Notes under the pieces: generated by a model | Told to the model about the DNA's origin: nothing | The model's database searches: none | The model's input: only the letters and a program-made list of their open reading frames with translations | Part shown: in pieces, positions 1 through 10,282 of the stretch | Numbering within the stretch: position 1 is the first letter of the stretch | How the letters are laid out: each line of letters begins with the position of its first letter | Assembly (NCBI GenBank): GCA_052055015.1 | Contig: JBQJIT010000073.1 | DNA: 35,541 bases | Source of the DNA: Malassezia furfur | Lineage: Eukaryota | Strand: one strand, 5' to 3' | Program-made: the position numbers and the translations under genes

Positions 1-3000
1 CGCGCGGCGGCGGCGGCACACCCTGCGGCGGCATGCCCGCACGAGGCGGCCCTTGGACGGCGCTCGGCGGCGTGGCGCTCGGCTGGTTCGGGAACGGCGA
101 GGTGATGGGCTGCTGTCCCGCGGCGCTCGGCGCGCGCTTCGGCGGCGCAGCGGCTGCGGCCGGCACGTCGTTCCAGCCGCCCTTGTCGCGCTTGATCGGC
201 GGCGGCGGCGTCGGCGTCGGCTGCGTCTGCGCGGAAGCCACCGACGGCGGCGGCGCCATGGCCGCAGGCTGCGCGCCGTACGCGTTGGGCGCATACGCAT
301 TCGGCGCCGCACTCGGCGCATAGGCGCTGGGCGTCTCGAGGGCAGTGGGCACCACAGGCACCTGTGGCACCTGTGGCACCTGCGGCACTTGCGGCACCTG
401 CGGCACTTGCGGCACTTGCGGCACCTGCGGCATGTGCTGCTGGGCCTGCTGCTGCGCATGCTGCTGTGCGGCCGTCGGCGGCGGCTGCAGCGGCGCGGGG
501 GGCGCTGCAGGCATCGGCGCCATCTGCGACACCTGGGGCACGGTCGGCACCTGGGGCACGGTCGGCACCTGGGGCACGGTCGGTACTTGCGGCACCTGAG
601 GCACCTGGGGCACCTGGGGCACCTGGGGCACCTGGGGCACCTGGGGCACCTGGGGCACCTGCGGCGGGGGCGGCATCATGGGCGCAGGTGCCGCTGCGGG
701 CGCACCATAGTAGGCATTCGGCGCAGCATTGTACGAGTCGTACGCATTGTACGAAGCGCCGTAGCCCTGGTCGTACGTGGCCGGCGCCTCCTCGGGTGCC
801 GCGCGCAGCAGACGGTCCTGCGCCCACGCGGCCGAAGCGTGCGCATTCGCAGGCACATAGTCTGCCGGCGTGAGCGCAATGAAGCGCTGCGCGACGTCGA
901 TGAGGCCCTGCTCGGCAAGCACATCAACATACTCAAGCACACGGTCGTATAGCGGCGCGAGCTTGTACTCGCGCACCTCACCATCCGCCGCGGGCTGCAG
1001 ATCCTCGTCGGTGTACTGCACGGCGTGCTGGAACACCATGACCTTTTCCATGAACGTCTGGAGCGCCTCGGCGTGCGCCGAGTAGCGCGAGTCGTCACGG
1101 CCCTCGTGCACGTTGGAGCGGATGGCGACCTCCTCCTCCTTCATCTCGTCCATCCACATGCTCGTCACCTTTTCGAGACGGCCCGCAGCGAGGTAGCACA
1201 GCACGGCGTTCTTGCGGTCCTCAAAGCTCTGTGCCTCGACGTAGCGATTCTCCAGACGCTGGCCAAGACGCTCGGCCAGCGCGTTGAAGTCCTCGGGCTT
1301 GGCAAAGGTGCACAGCAGCACAAAGATTTCCTGCCATTCGGCGAGGTCGGCATTCACCACGACGTCCTCCAGGTTCTCCATCACAATGCTCTCGAGCACG
1401 CGCAGGTACGGCAGGCGGTCAGCGTGCCGCTTAAAGAAGGCGCGCTGCGTCTTGACCAGCAGCTCATCGCCCGCGCGCGTCGCCAGCACGAGCGCATCGG
1501 CAAACCGGTCCTTGGACACGAGCAGCGACACAGCCTGCTCAAAGTCGCCCAGCACCAGCGCCTGCGTCACCAGCCGGTCGGGGTCGTCGGGGCCCGCGGG
1601 GTGAATGCGGAAGGGCGCATCGCGCACCACCGGCGCGAGCGGCGCACGCGGCGCCAGCACGTTGGGGTCGAACGGATCGGCACCCGCAAACGGATCAGCC
1701 TCGGTGCTGTCGGCCGTCATGCCCGCCGCGCCGTCCGCCTCGGGCTCGCCCAGGTCCGCGAGGCCGAGCGCGCCGACGGCCTCGGTCACCTTGGCAGAAA
1801 TGTCCGCCTTGGCAAAGCCGAGGAGCTCGACGAGCTCGTCACGCGAGTCGGCGTGGAAGAGCGTCTGGAGCGCCTTCCAGTTGGGCACGTCGACGGGGCG
1901 CGTCGCGGGGTCCTGGCTCTGCTCCGCACAGAACTCGACGAGTGTATTGTTGTTAAGCGCGTCGTAAAGACGGCGCGCGCGCTCGGCAATGTGCGGCTCG
2001 GTGCGGATGTCGTGGATGTGCACGGGGAAGCTGCGCGCCGGGTTCGCGGCCGTGTTGGCACTCCCGCCGACGCTCACGAGCTGCCCGCCAAAGCCAAACG
2101 CGACTGACGCGGGACGGCGCAGCCATTTGGGCGGGTGCTTGAGCGACATGCCGCCCGACGGTGCCGCATTCTGCTCGCCAAGCGTGCTGAACAGGTCGTC
2201 GGGATTCGTCGCGGCGGGCACCTCGGGCACCTCGTCGGTGTTGGTCGACTGCAGCGACTGCATCGTGATGCGCCCATCGAAGCTCGCCGTGGCCAGCACA
2301 TTCGGGTTCGCCGGGCACCACTGCACGTCAAACGCCCAGTTGGCGCTCAGGGGCATTTCGGCCACCATCTCGCAGCTCTGCGGGTTCCACACGGTGGTGC
2401 GGTTGTCCTTGCCGCACGCCGCGAGCAGGTCCTCGTCCTGCTGGCACCACGAGAGACCCAGGATGCCCTTCTCGTGGCCCGTCAGCACCTTTTCGGGGGC
2501 GCGCGAGTTGCGCAGGTCCCACAGCATGATCACGGGGCTCGTGTCGTCTTCGCTGGCGGTCGCAAGGCGCGTCGCTGCCGACGGGTGCCACGCCACGGCA
2601 CTCATTCCGCGCCGCCCACCCGAGGCGAGCGCGTTGCTCACGCCGCCAGGGCCAAAGCCCGTACCGGCCGTGCCTGCGCCGCCGCCGTACGCCAGCGCCA
2701 CGACCTCGCGCTTGTGCCGCAAGTCCCACACGGACGTATAGCCATTCGACGAGGCGGTCGCAAGCACATGCGACACCTGCGTGTTCCATCCCAGGCTCGT
2801 GATCTCGTCGATGCGCTGCGACCGTGCACCGGGGGTGAAGGGTTTGGTAGGACGGTCCATGTCCCACACGTAGATCTCGCCATTCACCGCGCCGCTCGCA
2901 AGCAGCTTGTCGTGCAGCCGGTTGAAGGCCAGGCCACGCACTGGGCCCTTGTGGATCGTGTTCTGCGTCACGAGCGGCTGCTCCGCACGGCTCAGCAGGG

Positions 3001-3304
3001 CCTGCACGTCCCAGATGGCCAGCTCACCGTTCTCCAGACCCGCAGCCACAAGACCGCGCGGCTTGCTTGCGTTCGCACAGCCCCACGCAACGCGATTGAA
3101 GCGCGCGCTGGCGGTCGCCGACGCCTGCATCACCGGCGTCGCGCCGGCGTCCTGCAGCGGCAGGTCCCACAGCTCCAGCACACTGTCGCTGCTGAAGCTC
3201 TCGTCGAGCGCGCCAGCCATCGTACCCGTTGCGATCATCGGGTTACCAGCATAGTTTTGCGGCGACCACGAAAAGGCCGCCGTGCGCGGCACACAGACTT
3301 TCAT
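1..3304 (-). CDS. SEC31: COPII coat outer-cage protein Sec31 (3' end runs off the window)
   Basis: ATG at 3304 opens MKVCVPRTAAFSWSP..ATGTMAGALDESFSSDSVLELWD (Sec31 N-terminal WD40). The same frame later gives APKWLRRPASVAFGFGGQL, LEKVTSMWMDEM and a Pro/Gln-rich region. It is absent from the ORF track, consistent with no stop inside the window. Confidence 0.95.
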   Translation of the reverse strand, partial: MKVCVPRTAAFSWSPQNYAGNPMIATGTMAGALDESFSSDSVLELWDLPLQDAGATPVMQASATASARFNRVAWGCANASKPRGLVAAGLENGELAIWDVQALLSRAEQPLVTQNTIHKGPVRGLAFNRLHDKLLASGAVNGEIYVWDMDRPTKPFTPGARSQRIDEITSLGWNTQVSHVLATASSNGYTSVWDLRHKREVVALAYGGGAGTAGTGFGPGGVSNALASGGRRGMSAVAWHPSAATRLATASEDDTSPVIMLWDLRNSRAPEKVLTGHEKGILGLSWCQQDEDLLAACGKDNRTTVWNPQSCEMVAEMPLSANWAFDVQWCPANPNVLATASFDGRITMQSLQSTNTDEVPEVPAATNPDDLFSTLGEQNAAPSGGMSLKHPPKWLRRPASVAFGFGGQLVSVGGSANTAANPARSFPVHIHDIRTEPHIAERARRLYDALNNNTLVEFCAEQSQDPATRPVDVPNWKALQTLFHADSRDELVELLGFAKADISAKVTEAVGALGLADLGEPEADGAAGMTADSTEADPFAGADPFDPNVLAPRAPLAPVVRDAPFRIHPAGPDDPDRLVTQALVLGDFEQAVSLLVSKDRFADALVLATRAGDELLVKTQRAFFKRHADRLPYLRVLESIVMENLEDVVVNADLAEWQEIFVLLCTFAKPEDFNALAERLGQRLENRYVEAQSFEDRKNAVLCYLAAGRLEKVTSMWMDEMKEEEVAIRSNVHEGRDDSRYSAHAEALQTFMEKVMVFQHAVQYTDEDLQPAADGEVREYKLAPLYDRVLEYVDVLAEQGLIDVAQRFIALTPADYVPANAHASAAWAQDRLLRAAPEEAPATYDQGYGASYNAYDSYNAAPNAYYGAPAAAPAPMMPPPPQVPQVPQVPQVPQVPQVPQVPQVPQVPTVPQVPTVPQVPTVPQVSQMAPMPAAPPAPLQPPPTAAQQHAQQQAQQHMPQVPQVPQVPQVPQVPQVPQVPQVPVVPTALETPSAYAPSAAPNAYAPNAYGAQPAAMAPPPSVASAQTQPTPTPPPPIKRDKGGWNDVPAAAAAPPKRAPSAAGQQPITSPFPNQPSATPPSAVQGPPRAGMPPQGVPPPPR
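347..662 (-). repeat. Coding tandem repeats in SEC31: 9-bp (PQV)n blocks at ~347-430 and ~590-662, and 18-bp (PQVPTV)n at ~528-590
   Basis: Plus strand shows gcacctggg, gcacctgtg and gcacttgcg units plus gcacctggggcacggtcg units; these translate to PQV/PTV in the Sec31 frame. Confidence 0.9.
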
Positions 3305-3417
3305 GTTGTCCCAACACTGCGCGATCGCCGTCGCAGCCTACACGCGCACGCCGGGTCGGCCTCGCACGCCGTTTGCTGGCACCACGTGGCACGCACGTGG
3401 GCCGTCGCGCTCCGACC

Positions 3418-4872
3418 ATGCGCCGGCGCGAGGACGACTACGTGGACGGCGCCGAATTTGACGACTCCGACGAGCCGATCGAGGAGCTCTCCGACGACTC
3501 GGATGAATATGAGGGTCTGCCGTCGCTTCCGTCGGCGCCTCTCCGCTCGGTCATCGCGGAAAAGTCGGCTGCCAAGCGCAAGCAGGAACAGGAGCAGGTG
3601 GGGCAGTCCAAGTCGGCACGCACCAGCAAACGACCCCTCGAATCGGGCGGGTACAGCTGGGAGGCCGCGTATCAACGCAGCTGGGACCATGTACACGAGG
3701 ATGAGAGTGGAAATCTCGAAAGTGCCGTGCGGCGCATGCTTGCGAGCAACAAACGCAAACGCGCCTTGCGCGATGCAACGCCCGTCCAGCGCGGCATCAT
3801 TCGGCACTTTGTGCTTGTGCTCGACCTGAGCTCAGAGATGGCCGAGCGCGATCTGCGCCCGAACCGATTCGAGCTCACCCTGCAGTATGCGCGCAAATTT
3901 GTCGCCGACTACTTCGACCAGAACCCCATCGGCCAACTCGCGATTGTGTGCACACGCGACGGACTTGGCGAGCGCCTGTCGCTGATGGGCGGAAATACGG
4001 TAAACCATGCGGGTATCCTTGCCAACAAGCGCAAGCTTGAGCCGAGGGGTGAGCCTAGCATCCAAAACGCGCTCGAAATGGCACGCAGTTGCCTTGTACA
4101 CCTACCCAACTCGAACACGCGCGAAATTTTGTACATATCGGCGTCACTTACGAGCGTCGACCCGGGCAACATTTTCCACACCATCGACCAAATTGTCCAG
4201 GATCGTATCCAGGTGTCGGTGATTGCGCTTGCGGCAGAAATGCACATCCTCAAGGAGATGTGCACCAAGACGGGCGGCGATTTTCACGTTGTGATGAACG
4301 AGGACCACTACAAGGAGCTACTCCAGCGGCATGTGCCGCCACGCATCATCTCGGAACACCCGGCGCAACAGGAGTACGATGCAGACTTGCTAGTGATGGG
4401 CTTTCCACGCCGCCTGCCGTTCAATGCGCCGGCGTCGCTGTGCGCATGCCATGGGCGTGTCATGCCTAGCACTAAGACGCAGTCGCACCTCGAGGGCGGC
4501 TCGGCGGCGTCAGGGTATACGTGTCCGCGGTGCTCTGCCAAGGTGTGCCAGGTTCCGACTGACTGCTCGGTGTGTGGCATTACGATCATTATGAGCACGC
4601 ACCTCGCGCGCTCCTACCACCACCTCTTCCCTGTCGGCAACTACCGCCCGATTTCGTGGGACGAAGTGACTGACGCGTCACCCTCTGCCTGCTTTGCGTG
4701 CGCACTGCCTTTCCCCCCCAAACCCGCCGAGACGGGTGGAGAGAGTGTGCCGAACGATTCGGCGCTGGCGCCGTCGTCGCGCTACAAGTGCCTCAAATGC
4801 ACGCACGAATTTTGCCTTGAATGCGATGCCTTTGTCCAGGAACAGCTCCACACCTGTCCGGGCTGCACCTAG
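3418..4872 (+). CDS. SSL1: TFIIH subunit Ssl1/p44 (GTF2H2)
   Basis: GYSWE..RSWD, QRGIIRH..DLRPNR vWA domain (FDQNPIGQL, GEPSIQNALE), CACH, C4 zinc finger with HLARSYHHLFP, and C-terminal C4C4 ring ending HTCPGC. Confidence 0.97.
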   Translation: MRRREDDYVDGAEFDDSDEPIEELSDDSDEYEGLPSLPSAPLRSVIAEKSAAKRKQEQEQVGQSKSARTSKRPLESGGYSWEAAYQRSWDHVHEDESGNLESAVRRMLASNKRKRALRDATPVQRGIIRHFVLVLDLSSEMAERDLRPNRFELTLQYARKFVADYFDQNPIGQLAIVCTRDGLGERLSLMGGNTVNHAGILANKRKLEPRGEPSIQNALEMARSCLVHLPNSNTREILYISASLTSVDPGNIFHTIDQIVQDRIQVSVIALAAEMHILKEMCTKTGGDFHVVMNEDHYKELLQRHVPPRIISEHPAQQEYDADLLVMGFPRRLPFNAPASLCACHGRVMPSTKTQSHLEGGSAASGYTCPRCSAKVCQVPTDCSVCGITIIMSTHLARSYHHLFPVGNYRPISWDEVTDASPSACFACALPFPPKPAETGGESVPNDSALAPSSRYKCLKCTHEFCLECDAFVQEQLHTCPGCT

Positions 4873-5200
4873 CTGCACGGACTGGGCACCGCACTTGCGC
4901 CGCTGCGCGGCCCGCCGATACCCCCGTAGTCTCTGCCACGTCCAGGGCCGCACTTTTTTTTCCACGCGCACAGCCCATGTGCGGGGCAGTGGGTCATTGG
5001 CCCCGAAGTCTCGTTCTTTGCCGTCATTGGTTCTAAGTATGTGGAGGTTCAGCGGCCACATGGTTGACGCGAAGCTGAACTCACGGTACGGCGGTACGCT
5101 CGGTGCATCCTTGGCATTGGCGACGGTCGCGACAGGCATCAAGACATTCCGGCAGTGGTGCCGTATCGACCTTGTGTCCTGTATACGTAGCACCTGACCA

Positions 5201-8200
5201 ATGTCTGTTCCACCCACTTCCCCGCCTCTGCACGGCGATGAGCGCGATATCCCCGAATCCGACATTATCCAGGCTTATTCGCTAGATGACACGCTTGGAT
5301 CAAAGCAGCCGCCGAGCTACGAGACCGAGGATGGCGGCGCCTCGAGCTTTTTTCCCCACATCCCCGTGGAGAGTACACCACAAGCCGCTCCGCCGGTCGC
5401 AACCGGCCCGGTCGGCGGCATGGCGCAGCCCGAGGCTGTGCCGGTTACCTCGGAGGCCGATCCGCTGACGCGCACCTCGCACGACTCGCGCCGCGTGCGC
5501 TGGGGCGAGACGTTGACACAGGCACAGCCAAACATACACCAACCTGCGATGCGGTCGCGCGGTCCGACTGTCTCGGTGAAGCCCGCGCCGACAACGCCGT
5601 CTGGTGGCCCCATGTCACCAAGCAAAGGCGGCATCAAGCGCCTCAACCACCCTGGGCAAATTAACCTCGATGGCCTGCGTGCCAACATGCCCACCGAGAG
5701 CATCCCACTGGAGCCGATACACAACGATGCGGACCCTCAGACGGATGCGATGGCACTCGAGGGCGATGACAATGAGCGGTTTTTGGCGCTTTCGCACGAG
5801 CTGAACCAGCTCGATGAGGCCGACGAAGCGGACATCAGCGACGACCGCGGTATGCTCGGTGGCGACCCGCACGACCGCCAGCCGCGTGGCCGCACCGAGG
5901 TCGATCATCTGATGGGTGCCGACTCACACACACTCACGTCGGGCAGCATGTCGGGCAGTGCGTCGGATACGAGCTACGATCCGGCGGAGGAGCTTGACCA
6001 CCTTGACCTGATCGAAGGTGAGACGGACGGTATGCCCTCCATCCCGAAGCGCTCTCGCACCAAGCGCCGGCGTCCGTCGTACCCCAAAAAGAAAGGATGG
6101 TCCAAGATGCGCCACTTGCTTGGTATCGAGCACTCCGACGCCGATAGCGACGATGCGATGGAGAAAGGCCAGGTATCCTCGGAGGCAACCAACACCAAGA
6201 GTGTGCCGGTGCAGACGTCCACGGGCCTGCGCGGCACGCACGGCCGCAACCGCCCATCGGCGCTCGAGCGCAAAGCCGCCAAGCTCGTGCGCGCACATAA
6301 GCTGTACGGCCGCAGCAAGGTACAGACGCCCGATGCCGAGGACCTGCTGCGCGTGCGCCACGACCACCTGCCTGACTCGGAGGCCTCTACTCCAGATGCC
6401 CTCGAAACTGCCCAGCACATGGACGCGCGCCCTGCGCCGTCGAGCGGCGTACTCGGCCAGCTGCTTCAGCTGTACGAGCAGCAACGCCTCGAGCAGGAGG
6501 CAACGCAGAGTACTACTGCTGGCACGCCAAGCATCACCGACAGCGACGCCATCACGGGCGGTCTCAGCAGCGTGGGCAACGTGGGCCAAAAGATTGTCAA
6601 GGGTGTCGCGGCCGAGGCTGGACTCGACATAGACGAGCGGCCCAAGGCAGCGCGCTCTGCGGCCGGTACAATCGGTGCGCTGATCGCCACGACCGGCAAC
6701 CTGATCGGCGCCGTGAGTCCGAACCATGCACAGCTTGGGCCAAACCCTAAGCGCCCAGGCTACACGCTCGATCGCTACCTCTTGCCTGAAATGAACGAAA
6801 AAACACTGCGACGCACCGCCAAGATTGTGCGAGACGCCGCGCCCGTGCCCAAGAGCTTGCGGGATGCGCGTACGCCGGGACCCCAGACGCCGGGCGTGCA
6901 CACGCCTGGTGTCTGGACACGCGGTGGCCTTTCGTCCAAGGGCGGCAGCGAAAACTACAACCCGTACTTTGCCGCGGCCGACGTGTCGGAAAAGACGGCG
7001 GCACCGTCGGTGGTGTCGTCCACGAAGAAGAGCAAGATTGGGGCCGAGATGGCCAATGCTTCGAACCGCATGTCGTATCTGGGCAATGCCGGGAGGAACA
7101 TGTTCAAGGGCTCCTTCCGCCCCATGCCCACAAGCAGCTCCGAGACCGGCCCGGATCGCCACGACTACTTTGGTGACGCTGCGACGCAGGAGCAGATCGC
7201 CAAGCGCGAGTGGCAGCGCAAGCTGCGCAAGCGCAAGGCGCTTAGCAAGAAGCAGGAGATTTACATCACGATGCACGTCGCCGCTATCCTCAAGCGCCAA
7301 GAATTCCTGCTCAAGTTTGCACGTGCAATGATGATGTTTGGTGCGCCGACGCACCGCATCGAGGCGCAGATGCAGCAGACCGCCAACGTGCTCGACGTCA
7401 ACTGTCGCTGCATCTATCTGCCGAACCTTATGCTTCTGTCGTTTGGCGACGACGCAACCCACACGACCGACACGCGTTTCATCAAACAGGGCAGCACGCT
7501 GGATCTGGCCAAGCTCACCGACATGCATACCATTTACTGGAACGTGGTCCACGACAAGATTGGTGTCGAGCGTGGTACGAAGCAACTCGACGTGCTCATG
7601 CGCACCAAGCCCTACTTTGGCAAGATGTCTCAGACGATCATCGGCGGGTTTGCCTCGTTCTTCGTCACGCTCGGCGACGTTGGTTTCGGTGGGTCCTTCC
7701 TCGACGCATGCGCGGCATTTGCGCTCGGTGCCTTCCTCGTCTTCTGTCAGCAGCACATCACGTCGGAGGTGTATTCGAACGTGTTTGAGATTGTATTTGC
7801 CACGCTCAACTCATTCATTGCTATGGCGCTTCACATTGCGCCTATCGGTGGCGAGGGAAGCCGGTCGGGAGAAGGCGACTTGTTCTGCTACAACTCGATC
7901 ATCTCCGGCTCCATTGTGCTCATCCTGCCCGGCTTCATCGTACTGACCAGTGCGCTTGAGCTACAGTCGAAGAGCATTATTTCCGGCTCGGTGCGATTGG
8001 TGTATGCAATCATCTACTCGGTGCTGCTGGGTATAGGCATCAAGTTTGGCTCGATTCCTCTTTCGGTCGTCAAACTAAACGAGCAGCGCCACAACGGGCA
8101 CAAATTTGACGTGAGTCAGTGCGCGGGGCACTCTGCCGATCGCTGGTACACCCATACGCTCCCCAAATGGTGGGGCTTCCTCACGGTGCCATTTTACTCG

Positions 8201-8752
8201 ATCATGCTTTCCTCGCGCAACCAGGCCAAGATCACCCGCAAAGAGTTCCCCGTGATGGTGGCGATTTCGTGCGCTGGCTGGGTCGTGGCCAATTTTGCCA
8301 AACTTACCGATATGAACCACTCTGGCACCCGCGCCTCGGCCACAGCCAACTACCTCACGAAACAGATTGCGCTTGTGGGTGCCATGGGCTCATTTACCGT
8401 GGGTGTTCTATCCAACCTGTACGGCCGCTTCTTCGACGGACGCAGCTTCGTTGTGGCGGTGCCCGGTGTCCTCTACCAACTTCCTACGGGTTTGGCCTCC
8501 GGCAATATCAACTTTATTACCTATGCTCAATCAAGCTCGAATGACACGGACACTTCTAGCTCATCATCGAGCAGCTCCGCACAACTCAACAGCACGATGA
8601 GCAACTACAGCGAGGTCACCGACGGTTTCTCGATCGGTGCTCAGCTTCTGAATGTGTCGCTGGGTATGACGATCGGCTTGTTCTGCTCGACAATCTTCAT
8701 GCACTTCCTGAGTGGACGCCGTAACCGCGGCACCGGCATGTTCGCGTTCTAG
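5201..8752 (+). CDS. PRM10: Pheromone-regulated membrane protein 10 (ThrE/DUF1212 exporter family)
   Basis: 1183-aa ORF with a long disordered N-terminus, ITMHVAAILKRQEFLLKFARAMMMFGAPTHRIE and IVLILPGFIVLTSALELQSKSIISGSVRLVYAIIYS, followed by multiple hydrophobic helices. Confidence 0.9.
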   Translation: MSVPPTSPPLHGDERDIPESDIIQAYSLDDTLGSKQPPSYETEDGGASSFFPHIPVESTPQAAPPVATGPVGGMAQPEAVPVTSEADPLTRTSHDSRRVRWGETLTQAQPNIHQPAMRSRGPTVSVKPAPTTPSGGPMSPSKGGIKRLNHPGQINLDGLRANMPTESIPLEPIHNDADPQTDAMALEGDDNERFLALSHELNQLDEADEADISDDRGMLGGDPHDRQPRGRTEVDHLMGADSHTLTSGSMSGSASDTSYDPAEELDHLDLIEGETDGMPSIPKRSRTKRRRPSYPKKKGWSKMRHLLGIEHSDADSDDAMEKGQVSSEATNTKSVPVQTSTGLRGTHGRNRPSALERKAAKLVRAHKLYGRSKVQTPDAEDLLRVRHDHLPDSEASTPDALETAQHMDARPAPSSGVLGQLLQLYEQQRLEQEATQSTTAGTPSITDSDAITGGLSSVGNVGQKIVKGVAAEAGLDIDERPKAARSAAGTIGALIATTGNLIGAVSPNHAQLGPNPKRPGYTLDRYLLPEMNEKTLRRTAKIVRDAAPVPKSLRDARTPGPQTPGVHTPGVWTRGGLSSKGGSENYNPYFAAADVSEKTAAPSVVSSTKKSKIGAEMANASNRMSYLGNAGRNMFKGSFRPMPTSSSETGPDRHDYFGDAATQEQIAKREWQRKLRKRKALSKKQEIYITMHVAAILKRQEFLLKFARAMMMFGAPTHRIEAQMQQTANVLDVNCRCIYLPNLMLLSFGDDATHTTDTRFIKQGSTLDLAKLTDMHTIYWNVVHDKIGVERGTKQLDVLMRTKPYFGKMSQTIIGGFASFFVTLGDVGFGGSFLDACAAFALGAFLVFCQQHITSEVYSNVFEIVFATLNSFIAMALHIAPIGGEGSRSGEGDLFCYNSIISGSIVLILPGFIVLTSALELQSKSIISGSVRLVYAIIYSVLLGIGIKFGSIPLSVVKLNEQRHNGHKFDVSQCAGHSADRWYTHTLPKWWGFLTVPFYSIMLSSRNQAKITRKEFPVMVAISCAGWVVANFAKLTDMNHSGTRASATANYLTKQIALVGAMGSFTVGVLSNLYGRFFDGRSFVVAVPGVLYQLPTGLASGNINFITYAQSSSNDTDTSSSSSSSSAQLNSTMSNYSEVTDGFSIGAQLLNVSLGMTIGLFCSTIFMHFLSGRRNRGTGMFAF

Positions 8753-9012
8753 TCGAAACCCAGCCCCGTCTCTTGCGCCGTACCCAATTTCGTAGAGCGC
8801 GCCGCGCCGGAATCGCCCCGTACGGTTGATGACAAATGCACGCCGCCAGAGTCGCCGGCCCCGACTTTTCGGGCCCTCCGCACGCGGCGCGCCCTGTCCG
8901 CCAAGGCCGTCGGTGCGGGGACCTGTGACAAACCAGCTAGGGTCGTATGCAATCAGACACTACAGACGCTAGATCCCTCCTGTGCTTGCGCCGAGCAGGA
9001 GTCGACTCCCGA

Positions 9013-9662
9013 TCAGGGAACGTAGTGAGCGTGCTCATCATGCTTCTGGAAGCGAAGACCGCTGCGATGAGTCTGGAAAACATACCAGTATGGGCAGCCT
9101 TTGGGACCCGGCTTGTCCTGCGGTTAGATGCGTACCGTGCATAATACATACCAGGTTGATGTATACACGGGGATGTCCCAGAGGACCGTCGCCTGAAAGT
9201 TAGCACAAGCGTATTCTTTGTACACATACCACCATCGCACGACACCACACGCTTCGTAGTGAATTGGACAGGCACGTTGCTGATCAGCTCCATCGCCGAC
9301 GGCGGCGCGGGTTGGAACTCCATCGCGATTTGCTCAAAGCGGGGACCCTTCATCGCCTCGGACTTCGGTCGCTGGTCTTCAGACCAGGTCATGAAGTAGT
9401 TGGGTGCCTGGCTCACGCCATACTCAGAGACCTCGGGGGGCGTCTGCGGCTCGGCAATGCGCGTCTCCTTGCCCGACACAAGGTAGTCACCGTCCACCTG
9501 CGGGCGCACAAAATCACCGCGCAACTTCGCACGCTCGTCGTGCTCCGTGGCAACGGTGGTGGTCGTCTGAGTCGCAACCTTGCTCTTCATACGTACACCC
9601 ATCAAGGTGGTGGGCGCACGGCGCACCGAACGCAGCGGCGTAGCTACAGCCCGGACAAACAT
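9013..9662 (-). CDS. NDUFS6: Complex I accessory zinc-binding subunit (NDUFS6/NUMM, zf-CHCC)
   Basis: Presequence-like MFVRAVATPLR, then QAPNY..TWS..QRP..AMKGPRFEQ. Splicing introns 9193-9229, 9118-9151 and 9062-9085 restores [32 protein letters not shown]. Stop at 9013-9015. Confidence 0.92.
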
Positions 9663-9721
9663 GCTGGAACCTGGACGTTGGAGAGTCGTCCGCCCGATTA
9701 GGTGAGCCCTGTCCTGTGGTG

Positions 9722-9729
9722 TCACGTGA
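9722..9729. promoter_or_regulatory. TCACGTGA E-box in the NDUFS6/CGR1 divergent promoter
   Basis: Palindromic bHLH-type site near the middle of a 119-bp divergent spacer; the same 8-mer recurs at 18089-18096 and 20911-20918. Confidence 0.45.
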
Positions 9730-9781
9730 TGACTGGGACTTTTTTGTGGATGCACGCCGCGACGCCGTGCATCGTATCGTG

Positions 9782-10141
9782 ATGTCGTCTCAAGAACAGG
9801 CGTCTACGTCGAAGCCCAAGACCGAGGTCCCCAACGAGAAGCTGAATATTTCTGGCAAATTAAAAAACAAGGGATGGGAGCTGAGGCAGCAACAGCGTCT
9901 TCGCCAACAGGCGATTAAGCAGCGCGAGCGCGAGATGGCTCAGGAGAAGGAGGATGAGGCCAACCGAAAGCGCGAGGTTCGTCGCGAGCGCGAGCGCAAG
10001 GCGGAGGAAAAGGCACGGCTGCAGGCGATGGCCGCAAAGGTAAGTCTACCGTGTAGAAGAGTTTTCTTACGCCAGATGAGCAGGAAGAAGGCTCTGCGTC
10101 AGGCACGCCGCATGGGCCGTACCAAGAAGGTGTCGCACTAA
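9782..10141 (+). CDS. CGR1: rRNA-processing coiled-coil protein Cgr1
   Basis: Small basic coiled-coil protein (WELRQQQR..AIKQREREM..AAKMSRKK..RRMGRTKKV). Probable in-frame intron 10040-10075 (GTAAGT..CTTAC..CAG). Confidence 0.8.
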   Translation: MSSQEQASTSKPKTEVPNEKLNISGKLKNKGWELRQQQRLRQQAIKQREREMAQEKEDEANRKREVRRERERKAEEKARLQAMAAKVSLPCRRVFLRQMSRKKALRQARRMGRTKKVSH

Positions 10142-10282
10142 CGTGTCATGCCAAAGCAGGCACTCTTCTCTAGATGTATAATGTAGAATAGCCCGTGTAC
10201 GACTTGCCCATACCCGACGTGGTGGGATCGGCGGGACGCCGCCTAGATCGAGCCTCCACATCCGAGCTTCGCGTCCGAGATC

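Noticed and set aside
347..662. CRISPR-like array
   Set aside because: These are tandem coding repeats with no unique spacers, in a eukaryotic context with no cas genes.
33..3829. Long plus-strand ORFs (53-952, 1025-2107, 2135-3829) and the Cys-rich GTCGTC ORF at 345-599
   Set aside because: They are antisense shadows of GC-rich SEC31 and its repeats; the metallothionein-like look comes from the PQV repeat read backwards.
4830..4870. His-to-Gln change in the Ssl1 C-terminal ring (FVQEQLH versus the usual FxHExLH)
   Set aside because: All eight cysteines of the C4C4 ring are intact, so this is likely a tolerated substitution.
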